A stretch of DNA of 64,000 bases, taken from assembly GCA_050633245.1 (NCBI GenBank), contig JBOEGD010000011.1, positions 32,001 to 96,000 on the forward strand. Direction: 5' to 3'. How positions within the stretch are numbered: position 1 is the stretch's first letter; each line of letters opens with the position of its first letter. The notes under the pieces are model-generated. The model searched no databases, was not told the origin of the DNA, and saw only the letters and a list, made by a program, of their open reading frames with translations. The stretch is from Calditrichia bacterium (lineage in GTDB: Bacteria > Calditrichota > Calditrichia > RBG-13-44-9 > J075). Below, one piece after another: positions 19,978 to 30,088 of this stretch. Both the position numbers and the translations under genes were made by a program.

Positions 19978-22604
19978 TATTTGCCCTCCAGTTTGTTCAG
20001 GCGTCGTTCAAGCGTTTCAATAGTAGACTGTTGCTCCTGTATTGCCTTTATCAGCACCGGAATGAGGGTCGAATAATTGATGCCCAGGGTTTCAAGCTCT
20101 ACCCTTTGTAACGTGTCGTTATCTTCTGAAGCCACATAGGCGTGTGTTTTTACCGCTTGCGGTACAACTTGTAATACCTCTTGAGCAATAAGTCCGAGCT
20201 TGGCCTCCTGGTCATAGCCGTTGCGCCACTGATAAGTGACCGGACGAAGACGAAGCACATCGTTCAATCCTGAATTTGCGTTTTGAATGTTGGTTTTCAA
20301 ACGCGCATCGGAGGTGTTTATAACGCCATTTGTTGCATAAACTGTTCGCCAACGAAATGTTGACGTACCCAAGTCGCGGTTGCCGTTAGTAAATGGTCTG
20401 AAGTGACTATTAATTGCCATTTGAAAACTTCCACCATCTTCAAATTCTTCAGCGGAACCAATGCGAACTTTCCCAGCCACATGGAGCGGAGCACTTGGAA
20501 ATGTAGTACCTATTCCGACGTTACCATTTTTTAATACCGTCATAGCATTGGAGCGCGTTGAAGCTCCTGTCCCATTTCCGATTTCGAATAGCGGATCGGT
20601 TGGTACCGAGGCAGTAGGGTTTCCTCCTCCGACGTTATAACTACCTACCGCAAGCGAAGCGAATGCATCCGCTTTTGTTTGTCTTCCCAAGGCGCCTGAA
20701 TAATCTCCGTTAGCTACAGTAGTATGACCGATGCTATAGCTAAACCTGCCCAGGGCATCTGAACTATACCCCAGAGCCGTTGTTGCAATTTCTTTTGCAT
20801 CGGTATTAAATCCCATTGCTGTTGAATATAAGCCGTCAGCATTTGTAAAGTATCCGCTGGCAAAAGCGTAGCTATTACCAGCCTCAGTGTCTCTTCCCAT
20901 TGCGGTTGAACCAACCCCTTGAGCTCGTGTATTATGTCCGGAGGCGAAAGAGTATTCACCAATGCTGTCCGGGTTCCAGTAGACGCTGGCAGCGCCTGTT
21001 GAAAGAGTACCAACGCGAAATGCATGTTTATGTGGGAGAAACATCAGCTTGTGTCCGTTGCTGAGAGTATCTAATCCAAAAAGCACCTTTTTGTCGTTGC
21101 CGACATGAAATGTAACTTTTGGAGAAATACCGACGCCAATACCAACCTCACCGTCACCGGTTATAGTCATGACATCGCCTCCGACGCCGTTCCAGAAATT
21201 TAATCGATCATTTCGGTTATTCGAGGCAATGTAGGCTGCGATAGACCAGTAGTTAGAGCCGTTGTTGTTCTTGAAATTTAAACGGGCGTAATCATTGCCG
21301 TTCTCGTGGAGCAGGACATGTGGATCGGAAAGCGAGCTGTTCTGAAAAATCTCCATTTTGGCATCAATTGATGTTGTTCCTATTCCCACATCGCCGTTAT
21401 TGTAATAGGTATCTACGCCGTTTAGTTGCCATGGAGATGTTCCCTCATTGTCGGTCGAGGGTATCCATGTAGCTCCATTGTATTTCAAAACTTGCCCGGC
21501 TGCCGGTGCCGAGGGAGAGATGTTTTTTCCCTGTATTCTATTCACAACCGGATTAGGATAGCTGCCCACGAGATCTCCACCAGCTCCCCCCGATGGAGGG
21601 AGAGAGGTGCCAGGCTTGATCTTACTTGCATCAACAGATTCATCGCGTAACTGCTCGGTGCCAACAGAAAAGCCCGCCATTTTGTTAAATGTAATAGAGG
21701 TGTCTGCGAGCTGAGTTGTGCCGATCCCTTTGTCGGCAACGCCGATTGAGACGGTTGGTCCGGTTGGGTTGTTAATCGCGAGTGTACCATCGCTATTCTG
21801 AATACCCTGAACACCGCTACCACCACCGGCACCGGCGTTAATGATAAGACTGTCGTTTCTGGTGGTAATAACTGCACCACCTTCACCGGTAACCGTGATA
21901 GCATCCTGTAGGTTGTTCAAACTTCGAATAACGGTATTGTTGGCAATCTTTGAAGTTGTAACTCCATTGTCTGCGAGCGAAAGGGTTACATCGCCACTAT
22001 TTCCACCACCGGCAAGTCCGTTGCCCGCCTGAACGGCTGTAATGTCTCCACCACCGCCTCCACTGGCAGCAATTGTTAGCTCGTTGCCGGTTTCAGTAAT
22101 CGTGATATTCGAGCCGGCGCTCAACTGCACGTCATCCGTCAAACCATTTAGACTACGCACCGCTACACTGTCGGCCAATTTTTGTGCTGTTATGGCGCTA
22201 TCACTTACGGTGATAGCGGTGAAGCTGTATGGACTGGTTGTTAGCTTGGTGCGCGGCGATAGTTCAGGATCCGACCCAAGTGCAATTCCAAGCCAATATT
22301 GTTTGTCGAAGCTGACAACGAGCGGATTTACACGACCCAATAGAACATTGACGATGCCACCTGCAACCTGAATCGTTTGTGTCTCCTGCCAAATGTTCGA
22401 CTTTGCAGGGGCACCTGAAATGGGCTCAAAGTCGTATAGTGTAAACGTGATGGAATAGTTGCCATCTACGACCGGATTCCCATTGGCATCGGTTATCAGT
22501 CCCTGATAACTCATAGTTTGCGGCACCTGTGAGAAACCTGCCATTGAATATAGTAGAATAAGTAGTGCTGAAATGAGGGTCGTTTGTAACCGTATATTAA
22601 ACAT
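19977..22604 (-). CDS. Exported fibre/adhesin with YadA-head-like repeats and C-terminal peptidase S74 chaperone (copy 2)
   Basis: GGAGG SD and signal peptide from ATG 22604; [11 protein letters not shown]-domain; GDITAV/VRSLN repeats; NG.VGIGT motifs; STAMG repeats; SDARLKTNI...GLIAQEV...LIKAIQEQQ coiled coil. Confidence 0.85.
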   Translation of the reverse strand: MFNIRLQTTLISALLILLYSMAGFSQVPQTMSYQGLITDANGNPVVDGNYSITFTLYDFEPISGAPAKSNIWQETQTIQVAGGIVNVLLGRVNPLVVSFDKQYWLGIALGSDPELSPRTKLTTSPYSFTAITVSDSAITAQKLADSVAVRSLNGLTDDVQLSAGSNITITETGNELTIAASGGGGGDITAVQAGNGLAGGGNSGDVTLSLADNGVTTSKIANNTVIRSLNNLQDAITVTGEGGAVITTRNDSLIINAGAGGGSGVQGIQNSDGTLAINNPTGPTVSIGVADKGIGTTQLADTSITFNKMAGFSVGTEQLRDESVDASKIKPGTSLPPSGGAGGDLVGSYPNPVVNRIQGKNISPSAPAAGQVLKYNGATWIPSTDNEGTSPWQLNGVDTYYNNGDVGIGTTSIDAKMEIFQNSSLSDPHVLLHENGNDYARLNFKNNNGSNYWSIAAYIASNNRNDRLNFWNGVGGDVMTITGDGEVGIGVGISPKVTFHVGNDKKVLFGLDTLSNGHKLMFLPHKHAFRVGTLSTGAASVYWNPDSIGEYSFASGHNTRAQGVGSTAMGRDTEAGNSYAFASGYFTNADGLYSTAMGFNTDAKEIATTALGYSSDALGRFSYSIGHTTVANGDYSGALGRQTKADAFASLAVGSYNVGGGNPTASVPTDPLFEIGNGTGASTRSNAMTVLKNGNVGIGTTFPSAPLHVAGKVRIGSAEEFEDGGSFQMAINSHFRPFTNGNRDLGTSTFRWRTVYATNGVINTSDARLKTNIQNANSGLNDVLRLRPVTYQWRNGYDQEAKLGLIAQEVLQVVPQAVKTHAYVASEDNDTLQRVELETLGINYSTLIPVLIKAIQEQQSTIETLERRLNKLEGK

Positions 22605-22656
22605 CTCTTCCTCCTGTGAGAGTTTTGTGCGAAAGTACAGAATTGATATTATGGTC

Positions 22657-22724
22657 AATGTAGGATTTGAATAGGCAAATGTAAATCGCACAAGGGTGGT
22701 ATTTTGGCTCACATGAATATGTGA
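22657..22724 (-). promoter_or_regulatory. Candidate sigma70 promoter with upstream palindromic response-regulator sites
   Basis: Minus strand TTTACA-17 bp-TACATT (22685..22657); perfect TCACAT-N4-ATGTGA at 22709-22724 and degenerate TCGCAC-N4-GTGGTA at 22686-22701. Confidence 0.5.
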
Positions 22725-22806
22725 TAAGCTGGCAGGTTGGTCTCAAATCCGGGAGAGTGTAGTGCTGCTGAGAAAAACTGATCTTCTTGACAGTGCGATT
22801 GCACTA

Positions 22807-25800
22807 TTAAATTGACGGCCCTTCAAATATTACTGTAAAGCCATCTTTGTTTCTAAACGTTATTTTGCCGCTTAGTCTTTCGGCACGCAGATTCATGTTG
22901 CGTAAGCCATGCCCGGAGCGTCGCGTGCTATTGCCATCACCTATGCCGTTGTCGCTGATGCACATGGTGAAAGATTCCGAAGAGTTTACGAGTGAAATAT
23001 TTACTTTATTGGCTTCGGCATATTTGGCAATATTAGAAATCGCTTCTTTGCTAATCAGATATAAGTTCTGTCTTAAATTTATATCAACAGACTTTTGCAG
23101 GTTCAGGCCTTCTATTTGATAAGACAGTTCAATGTTCTGTTTACTAAACATCAAATCAACAAAATCTTTAATATGATCTACCAAATCTCCAAGGGTGTCG
23201 TTGCGTGAATCAATTGACCAAACAACGTCGCTTAACATTCGGGTTGCTTCACGTCCCATAATGCCGATTTTATCAACTCTCTCGGGAATTTTGTCTGCCT
23301 GTAATCCACTTTTGAGAAGTTCAGACTGCATAACAATTGCGTTTAATGTTCCACCAATATCATCATGTAAATCACTGGCAATGCGAACGCGAAGTCGTTC
23401 GAGAGCAAGTAAATTCATGACGCGATTTCGGTAGATAAGCAGAGGAATAACGACTGCGGTTAATACGACAATAAGCCTAAACCACCAGGTTTCCCAATAC
23501 GGCGGTTCAATTGTTATTTTCAGTGATTTTCCATTATCGCTCCAGCTTCGGGCATTGTTGGATGTTCTAACCCGAAAGATGTATTCACCTGGATCAAGGT
23601 TTGTATAGGTTGCAAAACGCCGCTTTCCTGCCGGAATCCATGTATCATCAAAACCCTCCATTTTATAGGCATATTGGTTTTGAGACGGTGAGGTGTAGTC
23701 TAACCCGGCAAATTCGAACGAGAACACTTTGTGTTGATAGGATAATGAAAGCTCATCTAGTTGCGATATCGCTTTCTTTAATGGTGTCGGTTTGCTATTG
23801 CTGGATACTGCCACCGAGCGATTAAACAGCAGAAAGTCTGTGATAACAACCGGCGGTTCATAGGAGCTATCGGAGAGGCTGTCAGGGTGGAAATAACAGA
23901 GACCTGCGGGCCCACCAAAATAGAAGATTCCGTCTCCTCCGATAAAGGCAGTATTCTGATTGAATTCATTGCCAGGCAGGCCATCTTGCAATTCAAAATT
24001 TCTGAAGGTTTCAGTTTTACCGCTATTGAATAGAGAAATACCATGATTCGTGCTAATCCAGAGTTGACCGCGTTCATCGACGAGTGATGCCTGCACTACG
24101 TCATTGGGAAGTCCGTCTTCTTGATAGTAACGATGGAACTTTTTTGTTTTCTTGTCAAAACGATTTAAACCATTGAGAGTACCAACCCATATCGAATTTT
24201 TAGATGTTTCATTAATTGATATGGTCAGGTTATCGCTGATAGAGTTGGAATCGTCAGGATGATGCGTGAACTGCGTAAAGCGTTCACTAATAGGGTTGAA
24301 GCTACTTAGCCCACCGGATGTTGCCAGCCAGAAAATGCCTGCGTTATCGATATGAATCTTTCTAACGATGCCATCTCCAATGCTGGCACTGTCTGCCTCA
24401 TCCGGAACATAGTGTTTGAACGTTTTGTCAACGAGATTAAAACGACTAAGCCCACCTCCGCGAGATCCTACCCAGATATACCCGTTGTACTCATTGAGTG
24501 ATAACACATCATTGTCGTTCAGACCAGCAGGTGTTTGGGGATCATATTGAAATTTTTTAAATGTACCCTTTTGCCGATCAAACAAGTTTAAGCCGCCACC
24601 ATAAGTGCCTACCCAAAAATTATCTTGGGAATCTTCAAGGATTGCATAAACCCAGTTGTGGCTTAATGACGTGGGATCTTTTGGGTCGTGGAGATAGGCT
24701 TTAACATTTTCCCTGTTGCGATCGATTCGGTTCAATCCGTTCTGGGTACCAACCCAAAGCGTTCCGTTTTTATCTTCAAAAATTGATGAGATAAAATTGC
24801 TGCTTAACCTAATTTTTCCACCCACGCCGCTGTTGTAATGCTTAAACCTGTTGGCCTGAAAATTCAGCTTGTTGAGGCCTGCCTTGTGGGTTCCAATCCA
24901 GAGGTTTCCGGTGCGATCTTCCGCTAAAGATATGACCTTGTCATCATTAATGCTGAAGGGGTTTGCCGAACTGTTGCGATAGCTTACAAAGGAGTTTGTT
25001 TGCGGTAGTTTAAGATTCAGACCTCCACCAAATGTTGCAGCCCACAAGCGCTGACGACTGTCCAGAAATATCGAATAGATTTTATCGCTACTTAAGCTGT
25101 TCGCTTTGTTTGGGCTGTGGCGAAGTTGAACAAATTCCCTGGTTGTGGTATTAAATTTTGCTATTCCGGCCTGTCTGGTGCTTATCCATAGCGCGTTTGC
25201 GTCCTTTGGATCCTGCAGAATTGCAGAGATTGAGCTGTTGGGCATAGTGCCGGGGTCGGTAATATCGTTTTCATAGCGAATAAAGACTGCGCGCGTGCTA
25301 TCGTCAGCAATTGCGATGAGCTCTTTTAATAAGTTCAGTCCGTGGACATTCGTGGCGTCTCTTTTGCCTGATACCCCCAGCCACAGATTACCATGAGCAT
25401 CCTCAAGTATGGCGTTGATGATATTGCCACCAATGCTTGTTGTGTCTTCCACGCTATACTGAAAAGCTGTGGCTTCTCCGGTCTTTCGATCAAACAGGTT
25501 TAGTCCGCCTTTAACAGTGCCCACCCAAAATCGATCCTGGCTGTCATGGTAAATGGAAACAGCGGAATTGTCTGAGAGACCCGGAATTTGCCCGGCGCCA
25601 TTTCCGTAGCAGCGAAAGTTCTCGTTGTCGCGGTCAAAACGATTTAGACCACCCTGCCAGGAGCCAATCCAGAGGTCACCATCACGATCTTCAATAATCG
25701 TTGTAATGTAGTTGCTGCCTATACTGAGAGTGTCTTTTTGAGAGGCTTTGAAAACCTTAAACTGATAGCCATCGTAGCGATTCAATCCACCAATGGTTCC

Positions 25801-25983
25801 AAACCAAAGATAGCCTTGCTTATCTTGATAGATTGTAACAACCGAATTTTCAGAAAGACCATCGGTATTCGTTAGATGTTCGAAGCGATATTCCTGCGGT
25901 AATAACCCCGTGGTTGCTAAAAGGAGAAGGCCAATCATCCATCGAATAATAAAGCGAGTTTTTAGAGTGGGGGAGTATGCCAT
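22807..25983 (-). CDS. Sensor histidine kinase: periplasmic beta-propeller (Reg_prop) + Y_Y_Y + HisKA_3 + HATPase
   Basis: Repeated ED..G.LW.GT.GGLN; YTNLDPGEY.FRV; TM after PPYWETWWF; IASDLHDDIG; EAISNIAKY, DNGIG, GHGLRNM. Confidence 0.92.
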   Translation of the reverse strand: MAYSPTLKTRFIIRWMIGLLLLATTGLLPQEYRFEHLTNTDGLSENSVVTIYQDKQGYLWFGTIGGLNRYDGYQFKVFKASQKDTLSIGSNYITTIIEDRDGDLWIGSWQGGLNRFDRDNENFRCYGNGAGQIPGLSDNSAVSIYHDSQDRFWVGTVKGGLNLFDRKTGEATAFQYSVEDTTSIGGNIINAILEDAHGNLWLGVSGKRDATNVHGLNLLKELIAIADDSTRAVFIRYENDITDPGTMPNSSISAILQDPKDANALWISTRQAGIAKFNTTTREFVQLRHSPNKANSLSSDKIYSIFLDSRQRLWAATFGGGLNLKLPQTNSFVSYRNSSANPFSINDDKVISLAEDRTGNLWIGTHKAGLNKLNFQANRFKHYNSGVGGKIRLSSNFISSIFEDKNGTLWVGTQNGLNRIDRNRENVKAYLHDPKDPTSLSHNWVYAILEDSQDNFWVGTYGGGLNLFDRQKGTFKKFQYDPQTPAGLNDNDVLSLNEYNGYIWVGSRGGGLSRFNLVDKTFKHYVPDEADSASIGDGIVRKIHIDNAGIFWLATSGGLSSFNPISERFTQFTHHPDDSNSISDNLTISINETSKNSIWVGTLNGLNRFDKKTKKFHRYYQEDGLPNDVVQASLVDERGQLWISTNHGISLFNSGKTETFRNFELQDGLPGNEFNQNTAFIGGDGIFYFGGPAGLCYFHPDSLSDSSYEPPVVITDFLLFNRSVAVSSNSKPTPLKKAISQLDELSLSYQHKVFSFEFAGLDYTSPSQNQYAYKMEGFDDTWIPAGKRRFATYTNLDPGEYIFRVRTSNNARSWSDNGKSLKITIEPPYWETWWFRLIVVLTAVVIPLLIYRNRVMNLLALERLRVRIASDLHDDIGGTLNAIVMQSELLKSGLQADKIPERVDKIGIMGREATRMLSDVVWSIDSRNDTLGDLVDHIKDFVDLMFSKQNIELSYQIEGLNLQKSVDINLRQNLYLISKEAISNIAKYAEANKVNISLVNSSESFTMCISDNGIGDGNSTRRSGHGLRNMNLRAERLSGKITFRNKDGFTVIFEGPSI

Positions 25984-26044
25984 GATTGCTATCTTATTTT
26001 ACTTGTTTTGCGCGGACATCTTACAAATTTGCTTGTGAATTTCA

Positions 26045-26072
26045 TTCACCGTTCACCGTTCACCGTTCACCG
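26045..26072. repeat. Heptamer tandem repeat (TTCACCG) x4
   Basis: Four perfect copies abutting the stop codon of the response regulator. Confidence 0.85.
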
Positions 26073-26723
26073 TTATATATCCCCACGAATGTACTTTGCA
26101 ACGGCGTCAACTTTATTGTGCACCTGTAGCTTGCGATAAATATTTTTGATGTGCGTGCGAACCGTGTCGACTGAGATGCCAAGATGAGCAGCAATTAACT
26201 TGTAGCTTTTCCCGTCCACCAATGCGCGAAGAATATCCTGCTCACGTTCAGTAAGTGCCGTCTTGTCTTCCTTTTTTCCGAGAAATTGAGACATTTCAGG
26301 CCGTTGATTAAAAAAAGTGAAAACCTGCCTGGCAATATGTGGCGACATGGGTGATCCGCCTTTAAAAAGTAGTTCAATAGCAGCCTTTATCTCGGAAAGC
26401 GGCGTATCTTTAAGTAAATAGCCGGATGCACCGGCACAAAGCGCGTCGAAAATGCGCCTGTGATCATTGTGAACGGTAATCATGATGATGTCAATTAGCG
26501 GGAATTTCTGCTTTATCAAGCGTGCGCCCTGTAGCCCGGACATACCAGGCAGACCGATATCCAGAAGTAAAACTTGCGGGGGCAACGACTCTTCAAGGGC
26601 GCTTAACAGGGCTTCCATCGAGCCGAAGGCCATTTTGCAGATGAAATTTTCCTGAGCATCCAAGTAAGTCTGGAGGCTTTCACGTATGTCAGGATGATCT
26701 TCAACAATTGCAATATTTATCAT
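26073..26723 (-). CDS. NarL/LuxR-family response regulator
   Basis: IAIVEDH, LLDIGLPGMSG, GASGYLLK; HTH LTEREQDIL...TVRTHIKNIYRKL. The start was moved to ATG 26723. Confidence 0.92.
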   Translation of the reverse strand: MINIAIVEDHPDIRESLQTYLDAQENFICKMAFGSMEALLSALEESLPPQVLLLDIGLPGMSGLQGARLIKQKFPLIDIIMITVHNDHRRIFDALCAGASGYLLKDTPLSEIKAAIELLFKGGSPMSPHIARQVFTFFNQRPEMSQFLGKKEDKTALTEREQDILRALVDGKSYKLIAAHLGISVDTVRTHIKNIYRKLQVHNKVDAVAKYIRGDI

Positions 26724-26779
26724 GCTGTAAAATAAGTCACTTATGCTACAATTCAAACTAATTTAAGCCGTTGCATCGG

Positions 26780-27304
26780 CTATTTCACAAGCAACATCTT
26801 TCGTGTTTCAACAAATCGATCTGCTTGAATACGGTAAAAATACAGACCAGCAGCAAGGCCTCTTGCTTCGAACCGAACCTCATATGTACCCGCAGACAAA
26901 TTTTCATCGACCAACGTACCGACTTCCTGTCCCAGAACGTTGTAAATCGTCAATTGCACCTCGGCTGCCTGGGGCAGGCTGAAAAGGATAGTTGTTGAGG
27001 GATTGAATGGGTTCGGATAGTTCTGTTTTAGCTCAAATTCCGCTGGTAATAAATTCTGATCCTCGATGCCGGTAACAATATCACGTGAAATCTGATACCA
27101 GTAGCCCTGAGCTACAGTTGTAGCGCTGTCTGAAACTGTGAAGACTGCCGTCTGTCCCAGCGTGCCTCTCAATAGAGTGGACGAGTCGTTTGACTGCGTA
27201 TAGCCTGAACCGACTACACTGTTTCGAAGCACTGTCTGGCTATTTCCAATAGATGACATTAGCAAGCAGCCGAAGACGAAATGAATGAGGATCCTAAATT
27301 GCAT
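26780..27304 (-). CDS. Small exported protein: short N-domain plus T9SS-like type-A sorting domain (fibre partner, copy 1)
   Basis: SVVGSGY...GTLGQ...QGYWYQISRDI, LKQNYPNPFNPSTTI...TRKMLLVK; TGATG overlap with the upstream gene. Confidence 0.85.
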   Translation of the reverse strand: MQFRILIHFVFGCLLMSSIGNSQTVLRNSVVGSGYTQSNDSSTLLRGTLGQTAVFTVSDSATTVAQGYWYQISRDIVTGIEDQNLLPAEFELKQNYPNPFNPSTTILFSLPQAAEVQLTIYNVLGQEVGTLVDENLSAGTYEVRFEARGLAAGLYFYRIQADRFVETRKMLLVK

Positions 27305-29925
27305 CACTTGCCCTCCACTTTACGCAGGCGAGCTTCCAGAGCTTCTATTTTTGATTGCTGTTCCTGAATAGCCTTAATAAGTACCGGCACCAGTGTAGAA
27401 TAGTTCATGCCAAGCCGCTCAAGCTCAACGCGGTTAACCGTAGGGTTATTCTCTTCATCTTCAGATAATTTATAATCATGCGTTTTTACAGCCTGTGGGA
27501 CTACGGGCAGAACTTCCTGGGCGATGAGACCGAGTCTCTCTGAGCGGTCGTATCCATCGCGCCACTGGTAGGTTACCGGTCTTAACTGCATCACAGCATT
27601 CAGGCCAAGCCCAGCGTTTTGGATATTCGTTTTAAGACGGGCATCTGAGGTTTGAATTGTACCATTGGTAGCATAGACATCGTCCCATCGAAACGAGGAG
27701 GTGCCAAGATCGAAAATATTGTCTGACTCTGATCGAATATCGCCACGTGTCGCAATCTCATTTACCCCTCCATCTTCCACAAACTCGGCACTTCCGAAAC
27801 GGATTCGTCCATTAACCGTAAGCGGCTCTGTTGGGAACGTATTTCCTATACCGACATTTCCGTTTTTTAAAATGGTCATTGCATTTGCACGATTGGTAGA
27901 GCTACTTCCATTTCCGATTTCAAACAAAGGATCGGAATCTATCCAACTTGTAGAGGATCCTGCTCCTACATTGTAACGTCCTATTGCAAGAGAATTATAT
28001 GAATTGGCCTCAGTATTATTACCAAATGCGGTTGAGTAAATTGCATTTGCATTCGAAAAGTAACCGATACTTACGCTATAGTTCTCCTCTGCATCCGAAC
28101 TGTATCCCATAGCTGTGCTGCCTGTTCCACGTGCATCTGTATTGAAACCCATAGCCGTTGAGTAGAGACCGTCAGAGTTGCTAAAGAAGCCGCTCGCAAA
28201 GGCATAGCTGTTTCCCGCTTCAGTATCACGCCCCATAGCTGTAGCACCATAACCCTGCGCACGTGTATTCAAGCCGGATGCAAAGGAGTACAAGCCAATG
28301 CTGTCTGAGTTCCAGTAGGTACTGGCTGCACCGGTTGCAACGGTTCCAACTCTGAAGGCGTGTTTATGGGGTAGGAACATCAGTTTGTCTCCGGCGCCGA
28401 GAGTGTCGGCACCAAATAATACCCTATTGCCGTTTCCAACATGAAACTTAACCTTTGGTGAGATACCAACATCGATGCCGACTTCACCGTCTCCGGTGAT
28501 CGTCATTACGTCTCCGGAAGTGCCGTTCCAGAAATTAAGCCGATCATTCCGAACATTACTGGCAATATAAGCAGCAATGGTCCAGTAGTTGCTTCCATTG
28601 TTGTTTTGCATGCGAAGGCGGGCGTAGTCATTTCCATTTTCATGCAGTTGAAGATGTGGATCTGAGAGTGAGCTGTTGTGAAAAATTTCCAGCTTTGAAT
28701 TTGGAGTTGTCGTTCCGACTCCAATGTCGCCATTGTTATAGTAAATGTTGCTACCGCTTTGTGACCATAAGTTTGTACCCGCATTATCAGTATCAGGCGT
28801 CCATGCAGTGCCGTTAAATTTTAAGACCTGACCCGTTACCGGAGCTGTTTGTTCTATCGACCTGCCCTGAAGCGCAGAAACTATGGGGGTTGGGTAACTA
28901 CCGGAAAGATCTCCGGCGGCCGAGCCGGAAGGTGGCAGGGAGGTGCCGGGCTGGATTTTGGCAGCAGTAACAGATTCGTCCGCCAGCTGTTCTGTTCCAA
29001 CGGAAAAGCTGGTGAGCTTTGCTTGGGTGATGGACGTATCGGCCAGTTGTAATGTTCCTATTCCACCAGCTGAGACGTTTACGGTAACTGTTGGTCCGTT
29101 TGGATTAGTGATGTTCAAAGTGTTATTCGTATTCTGAATTCCCTGTACGCCACTACCACCACCTGCACCCGCATTGATGATCAGACTATCGTTGCGGGTC
29201 ATAACTGTTGCTCCGCCTTCGGCAGCTATTATTACATTGTCATTCAATGTGTTCAGACTTCGAACAACGGTGTTGTCGGAAATCTTTTGTGAAGTTACGC
29301 CATCATCCGCAATGCTTAAGGTTACGTCACCTATTGTCCCGCCGCCGGATAGTCCATCGGTTGCCTGTACGGAAGTAATATCGCCAGTTCCAACACCCAC
29401 AGCATTAATCGTAAGGGTGTTCCCGGATTCAGAAATGCTGATATTATTTCCCGCAGCCAGTTGTATGGCTTCCGTTTTGCCGTTCAGACTTCTAACTGCA
29501 ATTCCGGCAGCAAGCTTTTCAGAAGTAATACTGCTATCTACAACGGAGTTTGAAATAAAGCTATAAGGTGTTGTTGTAAGATCTGTTCTTGGCGTTAACT
29601 CAGGATCATTTCCAATTTTTATGCCAAGAAAATAGGGAATCTCGAAGTCGGCGGTGATTGGCACAACGGTGCCTAACAAGGCATTGACAAGGCCTGCTGT
29701 AATGTTGACAGTTTGATTCTCCTGCCAAACCAAGTTGCCGTTTTCTTTTGCGTCGTATAAAGCAAATGTAAGATTGTAATTACCATCTGTTATTGGATTG
29801 CCATCGGGGTCGGTTAGCAACCCTTGATAACTGATCGTTTGTGGAGTTTGTGCGACCAGACTTGAGTTAAGCACCGCCGAAATAAAAACAATAAAGACTA
29901 TGCAGTTAAGAACAAAAATACGCAT
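27304..29925 (-). CDS. Exported fibre/adhesin with YadA-head-like repeats and C-terminal peptidase S74 chaperone (copy 1)
   Basis: GGAGGG SD before ATG 29925; QTPQTISYQG; same repeat architecture as copy 2; SDARLKTNI...LIKAIQEQQ. Confidence 0.85.
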   Translation of the reverse strand: MRIFVLNCIVFIVFISAVLNSSLVAQTPQTISYQGLLTDPDGNPITDGNYNLTFALYDAKENGNLVWQENQTVNITAGLVNALLGTVVPITADFEIPYFLGIKIGNDPELTPRTDLTTTPYSFISNSVVDSSITSEKLAAGIAVRSLNGKTEAIQLAAGNNISISESGNTLTINAVGVGTGDITSVQATDGLSGGGTIGDVTLSIADDGVTSQKISDNTVVRSLNTLNDNVIIAAEGGATVMTRNDSLIINAGAGGGSGVQGIQNTNNTLNITNPNGPTVTVNVSAGGIGTLQLADTSITQAKLTSFSVGTEQLADESVTAAKIQPGTSLPPSGSAAGDLSGSYPTPIVSALQGRSIEQTAPVTGQVLKFNGTAWTPDTDNAGTNLWSQSGSNIYYNNGDIGVGTTTPNSKLEIFHNSSLSDPHLQLHENGNDYARLRMQNNNGSNYWTIAAYIASNVRNDRLNFWNGTSGDVMTITGDGEVGIDVGISPKVKFHVGNGNRVLFGADTLGAGDKLMFLPHKHAFRVGTVATGAASTYWNSDSIGLYSFASGLNTRAQGYGATAMGRDTEAGNSYAFASGFFSNSDGLYSTAMGFNTDARGTGSTAMGYSSDAEENYSVSIGYFSNANAIYSTAFGNNTEANSYNSLAIGRYNVGAGSSTSWIDSDPLFEIGNGSSSTNRANAMTILKNGNVGIGNTFPTEPLTVNGRIRFGSAEFVEDGGVNEIATRGDIRSESDNIFDLGTSSFRWDDVYATNGTIQTSDARLKTNIQNAGLGLNAVMQLRPVTYQWRDGYDRSERLGLIAQEVLPVVPQAVKTHDYKLSEDEENNPTVNRVELERLGMNYSTLVPVLIKAIQEQQSKIEALEARLRKVEGK

Positions 29926-30088
29926 TGTACCCTCCGCCAACTTTGTATAAAATGTTATTGTTCAATTGGAAGTGTTATTAGGTAGCATATCAAAAAAGAG
30001 TGAGGGCGACAACACATTCTCTCAATTATTATCGGGAAGTACTGTCGCTGGTATAGATACGGGTCTAATGACGAAGGGAATGGGACCT

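Noticed and set aside
19977-29925. Prophage or tailocin, suggested by the S74 tail-fibre domains
   Set aside because: Both proteins have Sec signal peptides, and there is no capsid, terminase, sheath, baseplate, integrase or lysis gene nearby.
19977-29925. Diversity-generating retroelement or shufflon acting on the paralogous fibres
   Set aside because: No reverse transcriptase or recombinase; the differences between copies look like ordinary synonymous and scattered divergence, not adenine-specific changes.
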